Shown piece by piece: positions 1-8,466 of a stretch of DNA of 64,000 nucleotides; positions within the stretch are counted from its first letter, which is position 1; each line of letters begins with the position of its first letter. Location of the stretch: positions 4,909 through 68,908 of IMG/VR virus record IMGVR_UViG_3300031867_000042. One strand, given 5' to 3'. Both the position numbers and the translations under genes were made by a program. Under the pieces are notes generated by a model. The model saw only the letters and a list, made by a program, of their open reading frames with translations. It did no database searches and was not told the DNA's origin. The stretch is from a virus (Duplodnaviria; Caudoviricetes).

Positions 1-35
1 GCAGCCTTATATATAGTATTTACAATCTTGCAGGA

Positions 36-103
36 ATACAGTATCATGTAAGGTGACGTCGAGCAAGCAACGCAGTCTTCGACGTCACCTTCAGCTACTG
101 TAT
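36..103. promoter_or_regulatory. Stem-loop upstream of first gene
   Basis: Perfect 13-bp inverted repeat AAGGTGACGTCGA (50-62)/TCGACGTCACCTT (79-91), plus outer 8-bp arms ATACAGTA (36-43)/TACTGTAT (96-103). Confidence 0.6.
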
Positions 104-170
104 CACATCACAGAGCTTATATTTATGCACAGAGTAAATCATATATATTCAATAATAAATTAGGATAAAC

Positions 171-647
171 ATGGAGACAATTTATACAAAAGTAATCGAT
201 GGAGTTCGTCACGGACTCTCTTTCAGCGTCGATTTTAAGACAAAGACTCTTATATTCGACGGCGAGATTATTATAAAGAATGGCGAATACAAAGGGGAAC
301 TTGGTGTGAAGCCTATCACAACATGTACTGGCAAGGATGCTGACGAGGCTATGTTTACATATCTCGAAGCATTGTACCAAGACTACAAGCACTCAATTCC
401 GACTGGCTTGGAGGGGTGCAGCGAGACAAAGAGATATTTCCACGCTCTTTCATCTGAAAGACTTACTGATGACGATATTCGCCGAGGTATTCCACGCCGT
501 CAGGCAAGAGCTATTCTGGAGTTGACACTCCTTTGCTATGCCATTGTCGGTCAGTTCCAGTGGCGAGATGAGTGGGGAACGTATTTCTGGCAAAGCAAAA
601 AGGACCGCGATTTCGTAATCCTTAAAGACTGGTTTAATTTTGATTAA
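171..647 (+). CDS. Hypothetical protein, Bacteroidales phage family
   Basis: 158-aa ORF with AT-rich leader; C-terminal W..W..YFWQS..D.DFVIL..W pattern recalled from Bacteroides phage-like elements. Confidence 0.7.
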   Translation: METIYTKVIDGVRHGLSFSVDFKTKTLIFDGEIIIKNGEYKGELGVKPITTCTGKDADEAMFTYLEALYQDYKHSIPTGLEGCSETKRYFHALSSERLTDDDIRRGIPRRQARAILELTLLCYAIVGQFQWRDEWGTYFWQSKKDRDFVILKDWFNFD

Positions 648-692
648 CTAATTCATTTACAAATATTTACAAACATTTAAATTAAATTTATT

Positions 693-1631
693 ATGGCAAC
701 AAAAAACAACATTTCAGCAAGAATCGAGACTTTGAAGAACGCAGGTATCAACACTGACGGTTTGTTTAAGATTACAGCAAACGGCGTCGAGGTAACAATT
801 AAGGTGAACGCTGGTGGAACTCCGGTGGTAGTTGATGATTTGGAAGAGCAGATTATCTCCGATGGGTATGTCAAGAATACCAAGTTGCATCGCCGTTGGA
901 TTATGGGTCAGATGTTCTGGATGCTGAACTCTCGCGACAGCTATATGGGAACGCTGACAAAGTTCGGTTGTGACTATGCGTGGAGAATGTTATGTGATGA
1001 ACTGAAGACTATCGCACATCTTCAGAAAGCTGACCAGCAGTGTTTCGAGGATCGTGTACGTTGGTTCAATATTGATGTGGTGATTCGAATGATGGAGGAG
1101 TATTTGAGTCAGCTCCGATATACAATCGAGCATAAATTGCCAACGAAGCGTTGCAAGAGAGTTCCATACAAGAAGATTTCTGCGATAGGTAATGTATTCG
1201 TTTCAGATTTGGATAAGAGACTTTACAGTCCTATTATGAATCTTATCCACCGCTGGAAGAAGGTGGCAGCATCTGGATGTGTAGACTATGCGATGCTGCA
1301 CAGTGATGTTGAGAATTTCGTGCGCTGTGCTCGTAATACCAAGGGTAATCTTTACTGCAAGGCAGTTCAGCGTGGTGAGCGTCAGTGCGAGGCATGGCGA
1401 CAGGCTTACGCTGGAACTGGTGCTTTCTATACACTGGACAACATGATTAAGTTCCACGGGTGTCACATCTGGGCTGACAATGGTGAGTGCCTTGACATGT
1501 ATGCTTCACTTGATTATGTTCGCGACGCTGCCAGAGAATACGCTGCGAAGGGTGAAGGCTGGAGAATGTTGGCAATGCTTCGTAAGTGTATCGCCGATAA
1601 CAACTTCAAGTATACTAACAGCGCTTACTAA
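693..1631 (+). CDS. Conserved hypothetical protein, Bacteroidales phage family
   Basis: 312-aa ORF; LHRRWIMGQMF, DRVRWFN and CKRVPYKK motifs recalled from Bacteroides phage-like elements. Confidence 0.8.
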   Translation: MATKNNISARIETLKNAGINTDGLFKITANGVEVTIKVNAGGTPVVVDDLEEQIISDGYVKNTKLHRRWIMGQMFWMLNSRDSYMGTLTKFGCDYAWRMLCDELKTIAHLQKADQQCFEDRVRWFNIDVVIRMMEEYLSQLRYTIEHKLPTKRCKRVPYKKISAIGNVFVSDLDKRLYSPIMNLIHRWKKVAASGCVDYAMLHSDVENFVRCARNTKGNLYCKAVQRGERQCEAWRQAYAGTGAFYTLDNMIKFHGCHIWADNGECLDMYASLDYVRDAAREYAAKGEGWRMLAMLRKCIADNNFKYTNSAY

Positions 1632-1697
1632 TTAGTATTCTGGAGAGTATGCTCCATACTGTACTTGGTGATTTGATTCCTTGTCCCAGCTATATAT

Positions 1698-2943
1698 CGC
1701 GGGACCAGTTTCGGTTCCGCTTCACTTCATCAATGATGAGAGTTACGCCGAATCTCACGGTCCACGCGCATATTAGCTTGGATAAGAGCACATATTTTAA
1801 AAACACATACCGCTTTCACATAGTGCAGTAAACCGATATGAATTGCCATAATTTTTATATATACGGTGCAGTATCGGTAAGATTTGGTGAAAATATTTAA
1901 CAAAGGATTATTAACTCACTGGTCAGCTGGATGTGCTGTATGCCACTCGGTGAAGCGCAATGCCGCTTCTATGTTGGCATAGTCGCTCCTCCCATTCGGC
2001 GGATCTTCCGTCGCATCACTCCTCCAGTCCGCCGACACTTCCCGTCGCTTGTTGCTACATCCTGACGCGGACCTGTTCAAATAATCCCTTGTATCAAAGC
2101 AGTATATTTATGCACATATTCACACGGTCTTGCCAACAATATGATATGGTATTGTAAAATTTGGTGAAAACATTTAACTAAGAGGTTCCATAGCACATCT
2201 CCGCCTTTCTTATCATCAATCCTTGAGTTCAGGATGAGATAAGAACCTCCTATGGATGGAGGAACGGCGAGATGTTCTTCTCCTCTTTATATCACATTAT
2301 TAAACATACATATAAGTTCACTCGGTTTTACACATGGTCGGCGCGGACTAATATATATCTTACAGAATGATTTACGAAACGAGGTCGCGGACAGCCATCA
2401 ACGTAGGAGGCGACTAATAGTACGCCTCCACTATGATGGCGCATACCTGTTTCCATCACATACTTATATTCAAGCGCATTTTCTGTACGGTATATAATGG
2501 TGAGAACACACCTGTTTTACTTGGAAAGATAAATTTATGTCACACCGGCATTTACCAGAGGGACTGAACCGAGTTCTACAGCCCGTTTGTTCACCGGGCT
2601 GCGATACTGGTTCACATTTATCCTTCTGGAAATGTCCGGTTGACTTAATCACCCAGTTATATTTATGTTCCGTATCTTTCTGGTGAACAATTAAGACGGT
2701 GCGGTCTTTGCAACATTTGGTGGATAAATTCAATGGTGCGGCGTTTAACCAGCTTCTCGCAGCCATTACAGCAGGCAATGCCTGCTTCCATTGCGTCTAA
2801 GCTGTTGATCGCCGCTTATATCACATGGTTATATAAAACGCACTAATTCACCCAGTGTTGTATAAATTTCCGATGATTACTTCATCTGACACAAAAAAAT
2901 AACAGTGCCGGAACGGTGAGCGTAGAGAATATCTTGCCGTTCC
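1698..2943 (+). ncRNA. Array of seven structured non-coding elements (candidate sRNAs)
   Basis: Long stems at 1698-1768, 1922-2066, 2195-2275, 2394-2440, 2544-2640, 2738-2815 and 2910-2943, separated by AT-rich linkers; G-U pairs favour the + strand; no convincing CDS. Confidence 0.55.
1877..2178 (+). repeat. 25-nt direct repeat GTAARATTTGGTGAAAAYATTTAAC (1877-1901, 2154-2178)
   Basis: Two copies 23/25 identical, each 15-20 nt before a multibranch structure. Confidence 0.75.
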
Positions 2944-2965
2944 ACAAACATTTAATAAATACAAT

Positions 2966-3352
2966 ATGGAACAGGAAAATTTAAAAAGTGGTGCGCTCAT
3001 GCACCCTACAGTAGAGGAACAGCTTTCGTATCTCATCAACAATGTTCTTTCAGATAAGCAGCTTGAGCAGTTCGAAAGATGGCTTAGTGAAGGGCATCAG
3101 TATGACATAATCCTTGACATCAACCGCCATTTTACCGACGAAGATACATCTGTATGCAAGCATGATTCGTGTTGGTATACAGTAGGAGTATTTGGTGATT
3201 TGTGCAAGTACGACATCGAGGTTGCTGCTAATGGAACTCATACTGTTAGCGCATGGGATAACAACGATGGTGCCCATTTTATGACATTAGAATGGAGCGA
3301 ACACGAATGGTTTCGACTTGTTCAGCAGATGTATAAGGAGCGTAACAATTAA
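2966..3352 (+). CDS. Hypothetical protein
   Basis: 128-aa ORF after CAAACATTTAA leader. Confidence 0.7.
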   Translation: MEQENLKSGALMHPTVEEQLSYLINNVLSDKQLEQFERWLSEGHQYDIILDINRHFTDEDTSVCKHDSCWYTVGVFGDLCKYDIEVAANGTHTVSAWDNNDGAHFMTLEWSEHEWFRLVQQMYKERNN

Positions 3353-3362
3353 CAGTATAATT

Positions 3363-3926
3363 ATGGCAAAGATTATAGTTTTATTTGACACACATATCAA
3401 TATCCTTCAGAGTAATGAATGGAATAATATTGACGAGGCTGAAAAGTGGCTGCATACACACGGTTATGTCCTTCCACGTTCTGCATGGCGTTTTCTCCCC
3501 GGTGACGAGTCTGTTAAGATTCACGAATGGAACGCAGATTCTGGAGGCTGCCAAGTAGACATAACCCGTCAGAATTGCGCTAATCTTCATGAAATGGGCG
3601 ACGCTTTGAAAAAAGCGGAATATGATGCGCTGGAGTCCTTTTTGTATCGTAAACAACGGACTCTGTTTGACTTCAGTATCGGTCGAGACGATGACTATGA
3701 CGATTTCGTGATAGTGGTGATGTATGATGACGAAGGAGTTCCACATAACGTCAAAGTCAAAAGCGTACTCTATGGCGACTGGTGTGACGAGAAGATGATA
3801 TTTACCTGTGACGCAGTGGACGGAAGCTTTACATGCGAAGACATTACGCCTTCACGAATCGCCGTCGGACATTTGCCGTATATTCTTGATGCGGTGAAGG
3901 AGTATTGCAAGGAAAGAAATTGGTAA
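3363..3926 (+). CDS. Hypothetical protein
   Basis: ORF 3318-3926; start placed at MAKIIV from gene spacing. Confidence 0.7.
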   Translation: MAKIIVLFDTHINILQSNEWNNIDEAEKWLHTHGYVLPRSAWRFLPGDESVKIHEWNADSGGCQVDITRQNCANLHEMGDALKKAEYDALESFLYRKQRTLFDFSIGRDDDYDDFVIVVMYDDEGVPHNVKVKSVLYGDWCDEKMIFTCDAVDGSFTCEDITPSRIAVGHLPYILDAVKEYCKERNW

Positions 3927-3940
3927 CAACATTCTATTCT

Positions 3941-4019
3941 TTTTACAACATTTTTCTATATGATGGTAATATCTGCTGTCCGTGAGGATGGCAGATATTT
4001 TTAAAAAAATGTTGTAAAA
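3941..4019 (+). terminator. Extended hairpin with GTGA loop
   Basis: 15-bp perfect arms 3941-3955/4005-4019 around stem AATATCTGCTGTCC-GTGA-GGATGGCAGATATT. Confidence 0.6.
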
Positions 4020-4111
4020 CATATAAAATTCAGTAACATCACATAGCTGGTGATGCTATTCTGAAACGTAGAAACATTGGTTAAAATAATAATATTGGTA
4101 AATTCCTTCAT

Positions 4112-4139
4112 TCCTTGTTGCTTGTGAAAGTAACAAGGA
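4112..4139 (+). promoter_or_regulatory. GTGA-tetraloop hairpin
   Basis: TCCTTGTTGCTT-GTGA-AAGTAACAAGGA; near-copy at 4695-4720 with compensatory changes. Confidence 0.6.
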
Positions 4140-4174
4140 TTTTTAAAAAACAAATACTAATTAAATACATAAAA

Positions 4175-4651
4175 ATGGCAAACAAGAAAAAACAAATCAA
4201 AGAGGAAACAGCTGGTGACATCATAGCCGACCTCAAGAGCGCAGCTATGACAGCGAGACTCAAAAACAGTGCTGACATGCAGAAGGCGGCGGCATTGTAC
4301 GAAATATTCAAGAAGTACAACATTCCAGTAAATCTTATTCCGGGATGCTACCGTGGCAAGGTTGTCGGAGTGTTTTCTTCCAACACGACATCGCTTCGCA
4401 ATCTTTTGGTGGGGCGTGAATGTGGCAGCTCATGGGAGTTTAACAGACTGTTGGTGCAGCAGGGCTATCTGATAAGACATCTTGCCAGCAACGGTATGAC
4501 ATATTATACTGTTACTGAGAAGGGCAAGGCTTATGCTTGTAACCCGACAATGAGAGACCGCAGAGAGGGTGCAGTGACCATTACAAAATGGTATGTCAAT
4601 AAGTTTGACGAGCTTTACGCTAAGGTAATGGGACTTGCATCTGTTGGTTAA
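4175..4651 (+). CDS. Putative DNA-binding protein with antirepressor KilAC-like C-terminus
   Basis: FNRLLVQQGYL...YYTVTEKGK...TKW pattern resembles phage antirepressor C-terminal domains. Confidence 0.5.
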   Translation: MANKKKQIKEETAGDIIADLKSAAMTARLKNSADMQKAAALYEIFKKYNIPVNLIPGCYRGKVVGVFSSNTTSLRNLLVGRECGSSWEFNRLLVQQGYLIRHLASNGMTYYTVTEKGKAYACNPTMRDRREGAVTITKWYVNKFDELYAKVMGLASVG

Positions 4652-4694
4652 AATTTATATTGACCACATAAATTTATAAATATATATTAGTATT

Positions 4695-4724
4695 CCTCGT
4701 TGCTTGTGAAAGTAGCGGGGTTTT
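4695..4724 (+). terminator. GTGA-loop hairpin with T tract
   Basis: CCTCGTTGCTT-GTGA-AAGTAGCGGGG followed by TTTT. Confidence 0.6.
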
Positions 4725-4747
4725 ATTAACTTTTAAATTTAACAAAA

Positions 4748-5560
4748 ATGGCAAAGATAAAAGACTATATAGTTGGTGAGAACGGTAAGATTAAGTTGTA
4801 CGATTATAAGGCGAAAGACTTTAAAATCGACGCTAAAGATATTGTCCGAGAAAGGGGTGTAGGATTAAAGAATACAGAAACACCGAGGGCTTATCTCGGT
4901 ATTCACCATGACGCTGAGATGCACAAGGGTGTTGTAACTGATGGATACTGTATGGTGCTGGCTAATAAATGGTACGATGATGAGTGCGCCGGCAAAACAG
5001 TAGCGCTCGTAAAGACAAACCATCATAATGTTGGCGACTTTATGGATGTTCAGTATCCTAATTACAATGCTGTGCTTACTCCCGGTATAGATGACCATTA
5101 TTCTGCAAGTACGTTTAATTTACTTGCAGCTGCTCATATAGCTATGGGTATCCGCAAGTTTGCCCAGGATACCGTTGCGCAACTAAAGGAAGGAGATGAC
5201 CCTATGCCGGGCAGTAGGGCGACGCTTATAAAGATAATTTACAGTAACATTCTTATTCGTCTCAGATGTGGTCATTCTGGTTATTATAACGATGATTTTA
5301 TTTGGGTGTCGTATCCTCAGTTTGACAGACTGATTCGTTGTGCAGTGTTGATTGGCGCAGAACCTGAATTGCGTGTTAAAAATCGTGGTATGCTGATGAT
5401 TCATAGCGATATTACAGGCGATCAGGCATGTGTAACAGGAATGGCGTATGGTGGTGCTGTAATGAGTGGTGAGGAGGACATCGTGATTGACTATCACCAT
5501 GATTACACTGACGGACTGAATGAAGTGGTGCGTCTCAACAAAGAAGATTTAACATTGTAA
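4748..5560 (+). CDS. Hypothetical protein with partial beta-clamp (DnaN)-like motifs
   Basis: RAYLG...VVTDGYCMV and QYPNYNAVLTP echo DnaN R..L.G..VATDGHRL and FPDY..V.P. Confidence 0.45.
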   Translation: MAKIKDYIVGENGKIKLYDYKAKDFKIDAKDIVRERGVGLKNTETPRAYLGIHHDAEMHKGVVTDGYCMVLANKWYDDECAGKTVALVKTNHHNVGDFMDVQYPNYNAVLTPGIDDHYSASTFNLLAAAHIAMGIRKFAQDTVAQLKEGDDPMPGSRATLIKIIYSNILIRLRCGHSGYYNDDFIWVSYPQFDRLIRCAVLIGAEPELRVKNRGMLMIHSDITGDQACVTGMAYGGAVMSGEEDIVIDYHHDYTDGLNEVVRLNKEDLTL

Positions 5561-5596
5561 CTTTTAACTTTACTCATATTTGATTAGATTGTTTAT

Positions 5597-5626
5597 CCTG
5601 CCTTTCGTGAGAACCGCAGGTTTTTT
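5597..5626 (+). terminator. Intrinsic terminator with GTGA loop
   Basis: CCTGC..TTC-GTGA-GAA..GCAGG followed by T6. Confidence 0.65.
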
Positions 5627-5656
5627 ACAGAACATTCAATTTTAAAACATACACAG

Positions 5657-5788
5657 ATGAAGAAAAAGATTTTCGCATTACTGGTGGTAGCGCTGTCAGT
5701 ATGCACAGTTTCAGCACAGGTTTCGTTCATGGGTATTCCGGTTGACGTTTCAGTTCGTTTCGATAACCTTGATAGTCAACCTAAATAA
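5657..5788 (+). pseudogene. 43-aa ORF: signal peptide plus truncated mature region
   Basis: MKKKIFALLVVALSVCTVSA-QVSFMGIPVD then early stop; not in ORF track, translated by hand. Confidence 0.45.
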
Positions 5789-5796
5789 TTACAGTT

Positions 5797-6039
5797 ATGG
5801 CACTTATAGCACATTATTACCTTACTCCCCAGCAGAACCCTTATAATTTGGCGAGACAGATTCTTGACAGCGGTTGTATTCAATGCTGGGACAAGCATCA
5901 GAAAGTTCATTACGACACAGTAGACGATGATACGGTCTTCCATGTCGGTGCAGAGAATTACAAGACGCAAGATTTCTTGCAGATGTATAACCCAAACAAC
6001 AGGAAAGATGACAGACAAGATGTTACAACGCGCGCTTAA
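5797..6039 (+). CDS. Hypothetical protein
   Basis: 80-aa ORF in tightly packed + strand run. Confidence 0.6.
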   Translation: MALIAHYYLTPQQNPYNLARQILDSGCIQCWDKHQKVHYDTVDDDTVFHVGAENYKTQDFLQMYNPNNRKDDRQDVTTRA

Positions 6040-6418
6040 TATCATCCAGCGCGCTGCTACAGATTTTGACATGGAAGTTTATCTGAGCGATAAGATTGGC
6101 GACGCATACGAGTCTGCAATGAATATAATCGATGATAATGTTGACTACGATATGATTAGAACATGCGAAATGTCTAATCATTTCAGTCATCTCTCATGGC
6201 AGGACTCTTGTTTGTTTGATGGTAAATCGTTGGAAGTCGATGGCGAGTTCATTTCTCAGGACCATCAGCACAACAGGTACTTTATTCTTACGGATAACGG
6301 ATGGCAAGAAACTACTTACCCGTATGTTCATAAGTTTGGCGTTGGTTTTGTGGCGGTCCATTCAGTAATCAGTGATTTTGGGCGTAAAATACTTCTCGTT
6401 GCGCCTATAAACGTATAA
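6008..6418 (+). CDS. Hypothetical protein
   Basis: ORF 5927-6418; start placed at MTDKML. Confidence 0.6.
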   Translation: MTDKMLQRALNIIQRAATDFDMEVYLSDKIGDAYESAMNIIDDNVDYDMIRTCEMSNHFSHLSWQDSCLFDGKSLEVDGEFISQDHQHNRYFILTDNGWQETTYPYVHKFGVGFVAVHSVISDFGRKILLVAPINV

Positions 6419-6430
6419 AATGTAAAGCAC

Positions 6431-6733
6431 ATGAATAAGAAGGTGTTGTATTTCATATTTACAGCGTATATTGGCGCTATTGCATTTGCCATTGGTTTTC
6501 ATAATCTATTTGCGACAATAGCGTTGGTATTAAGCTGCTTTCTGGTGGCGATTCTGATGAGTTGCATCAATGATACTTGCGAGATGCTTGACTATCAGAG
6601 CAAGGCTATTCACGATTTAAACAAACATGTCAGAAAGCAAAATTTGTTGATATGCAAAATGAGAGCTGCTATCATAGAAGCTAATGCTTTACTTAATAAG
6701 AAAATCAAGGAGCATGAAAAAGAAAGCGAATAA
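6431..6733 (+). CDS. Membrane protein (2 TM plus coiled coil)
   Basis: Two hydrophobic N-terminal segments followed by heptad-rich tail. Confidence 0.65.
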   Translation: MNKKVLYFIFTAYIGAIAFAIGFHNLFATIALVLSCFLVAILMSCINDTCEMLDYQSKAIHDLNKHVRKQNLLICKMRAAIIEANALLNKKIKEHEKESE

Positions 6734-7088
6734 GGTAATGCGCCCAGCCTCTGATGGGCTGGAGGTGCATAAGAAAGTGGTGCTGACATATCTAAATAAT
6801 GTCATAAATCGTATCACTGGTAACATAATAGTGGCGAAAAACACAGTCAGCAGTGAGGATGTACGATATATTTTTTATTTTAATGTCGGCTGGGTAGGCT
6901 ATGACGTGGAAATCTTCAATAATGGAGAGTTTTGTGACGTGGTAGCGTATACTCTTTTTGGCGAGTGTATTCTTGATTTTAAGATTCCTGTTGAGCCTAA
7001 AATGTCTGGCGAACTCTGGGAGATTGCGAGACGAGTAGATAACAATGATTATCATTGGGTAAACGAACATAAAAACGATAAGGTATGA
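6714..7088 (+). CDS. Hypothetical protein
   Basis: ORF 6684-7088; start at MKKKAN; ATGA overlap with next gene. Confidence 0.6.
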   Translation: MKKKANKVMRPASDGLEVHKKVVLTYLNNVINRITGNIIVAKNTVSSEDVRYIFYFNVGWVGYDVEIFNNGEFCDVVAYTLFGECILDFKIPVEPKMSGELWEIARRVDNNDYHWVNEHKNDKV

Positions 7089-7753
7089 AATGTCCGATAA
7101 AAGAAGATTTTGATATTGAAAAAGCACAAGCTGGGATAGGTACTGTTGGGACAAAAGGCGGTATGCCTGTAAAGATTATCAGCTATAACGCGAATGACGG
7201 CGATTGTCCTATCATTGCATTGGTTGAATATGAGGGTAAAGAAAATGACGTGGTGATTAGGTACGATATACATGGATGTTCGTATGACGCATTGGGGTGC
7301 AAAACCGCTATTCCAGAACTGGAACTTTGTATACTCATACCAAACGATGTTCATTGGTCGGATGTTGCAAAGGAAACTGATGGATATAGAGTAGCGCTTA
7401 ATTCCTCTGGTGAAGCATATATTGAGCAAGTGAATGGGATTAGCTATAACACTCAGACTGACAAGAATTGCAATGTTTTCGCATGTTCAAAGCAGGCTAA
7501 GTCGGTATTGGCGATGGCGCGTATCTCTCAGATAATGGCGAATGATGAGTATTATGGTTTTCCTATTACTGATGAGGAATGGAAAGATGGTGCAATGTGG
7601 AAGTATTGTATAACCCGTTGTCAAGACCATATCGACGATAACGAAAGCACCTTCAGTTGCTATAACTTCTTAGCTTTCCATACCAGAGAACAAAGAGATG
7701 CGTTTATGGCTGATTATCCACAACTGGTATTTGATTATTTAATGTTAGAATAA
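7085..7753 (+). CDS. Phage protein with F.LE.AK.G domain and C-terminal LAF.T.EQRD.F domain
   Basis: FDIEKAQAG...VKIISY...PIIALV motif shared with 15896-16390 and 19772-20302. Confidence 0.7.
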   Translation: MKCPIKEDFDIEKAQAGIGTVGTKGGMPVKIISYNANDGDCPIIALVEYEGKENDVVIRYDIHGCSYDALGCKTAIPELELCILIPNDVHWSDVAKETDGYRVALNSSGEAYIEQVNGISYNTQTDKNCNVFACSKQAKSVLAMARISQIMANDEYYGFPITDEEWKDGAMWKYCITRCQDHIDDNESTFSCYNFLAFHTREQRDAFMADYPQLVFDYLMLE

Positions 7754-7758
7754 ATACA

Positions 7759-8028
7759 TTGTTTGATATGCTTAGATTTGTCGGAACATTTCCAATACCG
7801 AATTATATGCTGTGTGCGCTGGTAAACGGCGACTACAGTGGACTGGAACCTGAAGACTGTGACCTGCTTGACAACTGGCTGGCGACTAATTTCCCCAACG
7901 GATGCTCTGTAGAAGTTAAGGATGAAAACCTGGACAACCCGTATTTTACAATGTATCCAGAGGTGGTGCATCTGGGTGCTGATGTAGTGGATGTTGGCTT
8001 TTATGAGGATAATGTAGAATCAATTTAA
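7759..8028 (+). CDS. Hypothetical protein
   Basis: 89-aa ORF; ALVNGDYSGL motif recalled from gut phage proteins. Confidence 0.65.
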   Translation: MFDMLRFVGTFPIPNYMLCALVNGDYSGLEPEDCDLLDNWLATNFPNGCSVEVKDENLDNPYFTMYPEVVHLGADVVDVGFYEDNVESI

Positions 8029-8032
8029 TAAT

Positions 8033-8242
8033 ATGAATTATTACGTCTATGGATATTATGACGATGAGTCAACACCGTATGCGCGTGAGATAGAACGTGT
8101 ACATACTATTGGGCTGGCTCGTTGGGTGGCGAAGAAAACAATTCGCAAAAAGCATTGTACAATGGTAGAGGTGATAAGGGTGGTTAATCCACATCAGCCT
8201 GCCACTACCGTTTTTGTGTTGTGTAAGAAAATGAGACGATAA
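8033..8242 (+). CDS. Hypothetical protein
   Basis: 69-aa ORF, operon spacing. Confidence 0.55.
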   Translation: MNYYVYGYYDDESTPYAREIERVHTIGLARWVAKKTIRKKHCTMVEVIRVVNPHQPATTVFVLCKKMRR

Positions 8243-8272
8243 TGTAAGTTTAATTTTTAATTATTGTAACAG

Positions 8273-8461
8273 ATGAAGAAAACAATGAAAGTATTACGCA
8301 TTGATTGGGACTTAGATGGTGTCCCAGCGGAAGAGAAAGCAGATGTTCTGGCGAATCTGCCGGAAACCATTGAAGTCGAAGAGGATTTCGATGGAGACAT
8401 CGCAAATTTGCTTTCAGACGAATATGGTTATTGCGTCAATAGCCTAAGTGAATTTAAATAA
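8273..8461 (+). CDS. Hypothetical acidic protein
   Basis: 62-aa ORF, IDWDLD...LP..IEV...IANLLSDEYGYCV pattern. Confidence 0.65.
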   Translation: MKKTMKVLRIDWDLDGVPAEEKADVLANLPETIEVEEDFDGDIANLLSDEYGYCVNSLSEFK

Positions 8462-8466
8462 TATAA

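Noticed and set aside
1922-2066. HDV-like/theta or hammerhead ribozyme, or tRNA
   Set aside because: Could not fit the P1-P2-P3-L3 nested pseudoknot, the CUGAnGA/GAAA core or a tRNA T-loop and cloverleaf by eye; no tRNA genes recognised anywhere in the window
1877-2178. CRISPR array or mini-array
   Set aside because: Only two repeat copies about 250 nt apart, non-palindromic, no regular spacers and no cas genes in the window
2272-2370. Type I toxin ORF (GGAGG in hairpin, 32-aa MFFSSLY...)
   Set aside because: Peptide has no TM-length hydrophobic stretch, Bacteroidota rarely use SD motifs, and no antisense partner is evident; treated as part of RNA element E3
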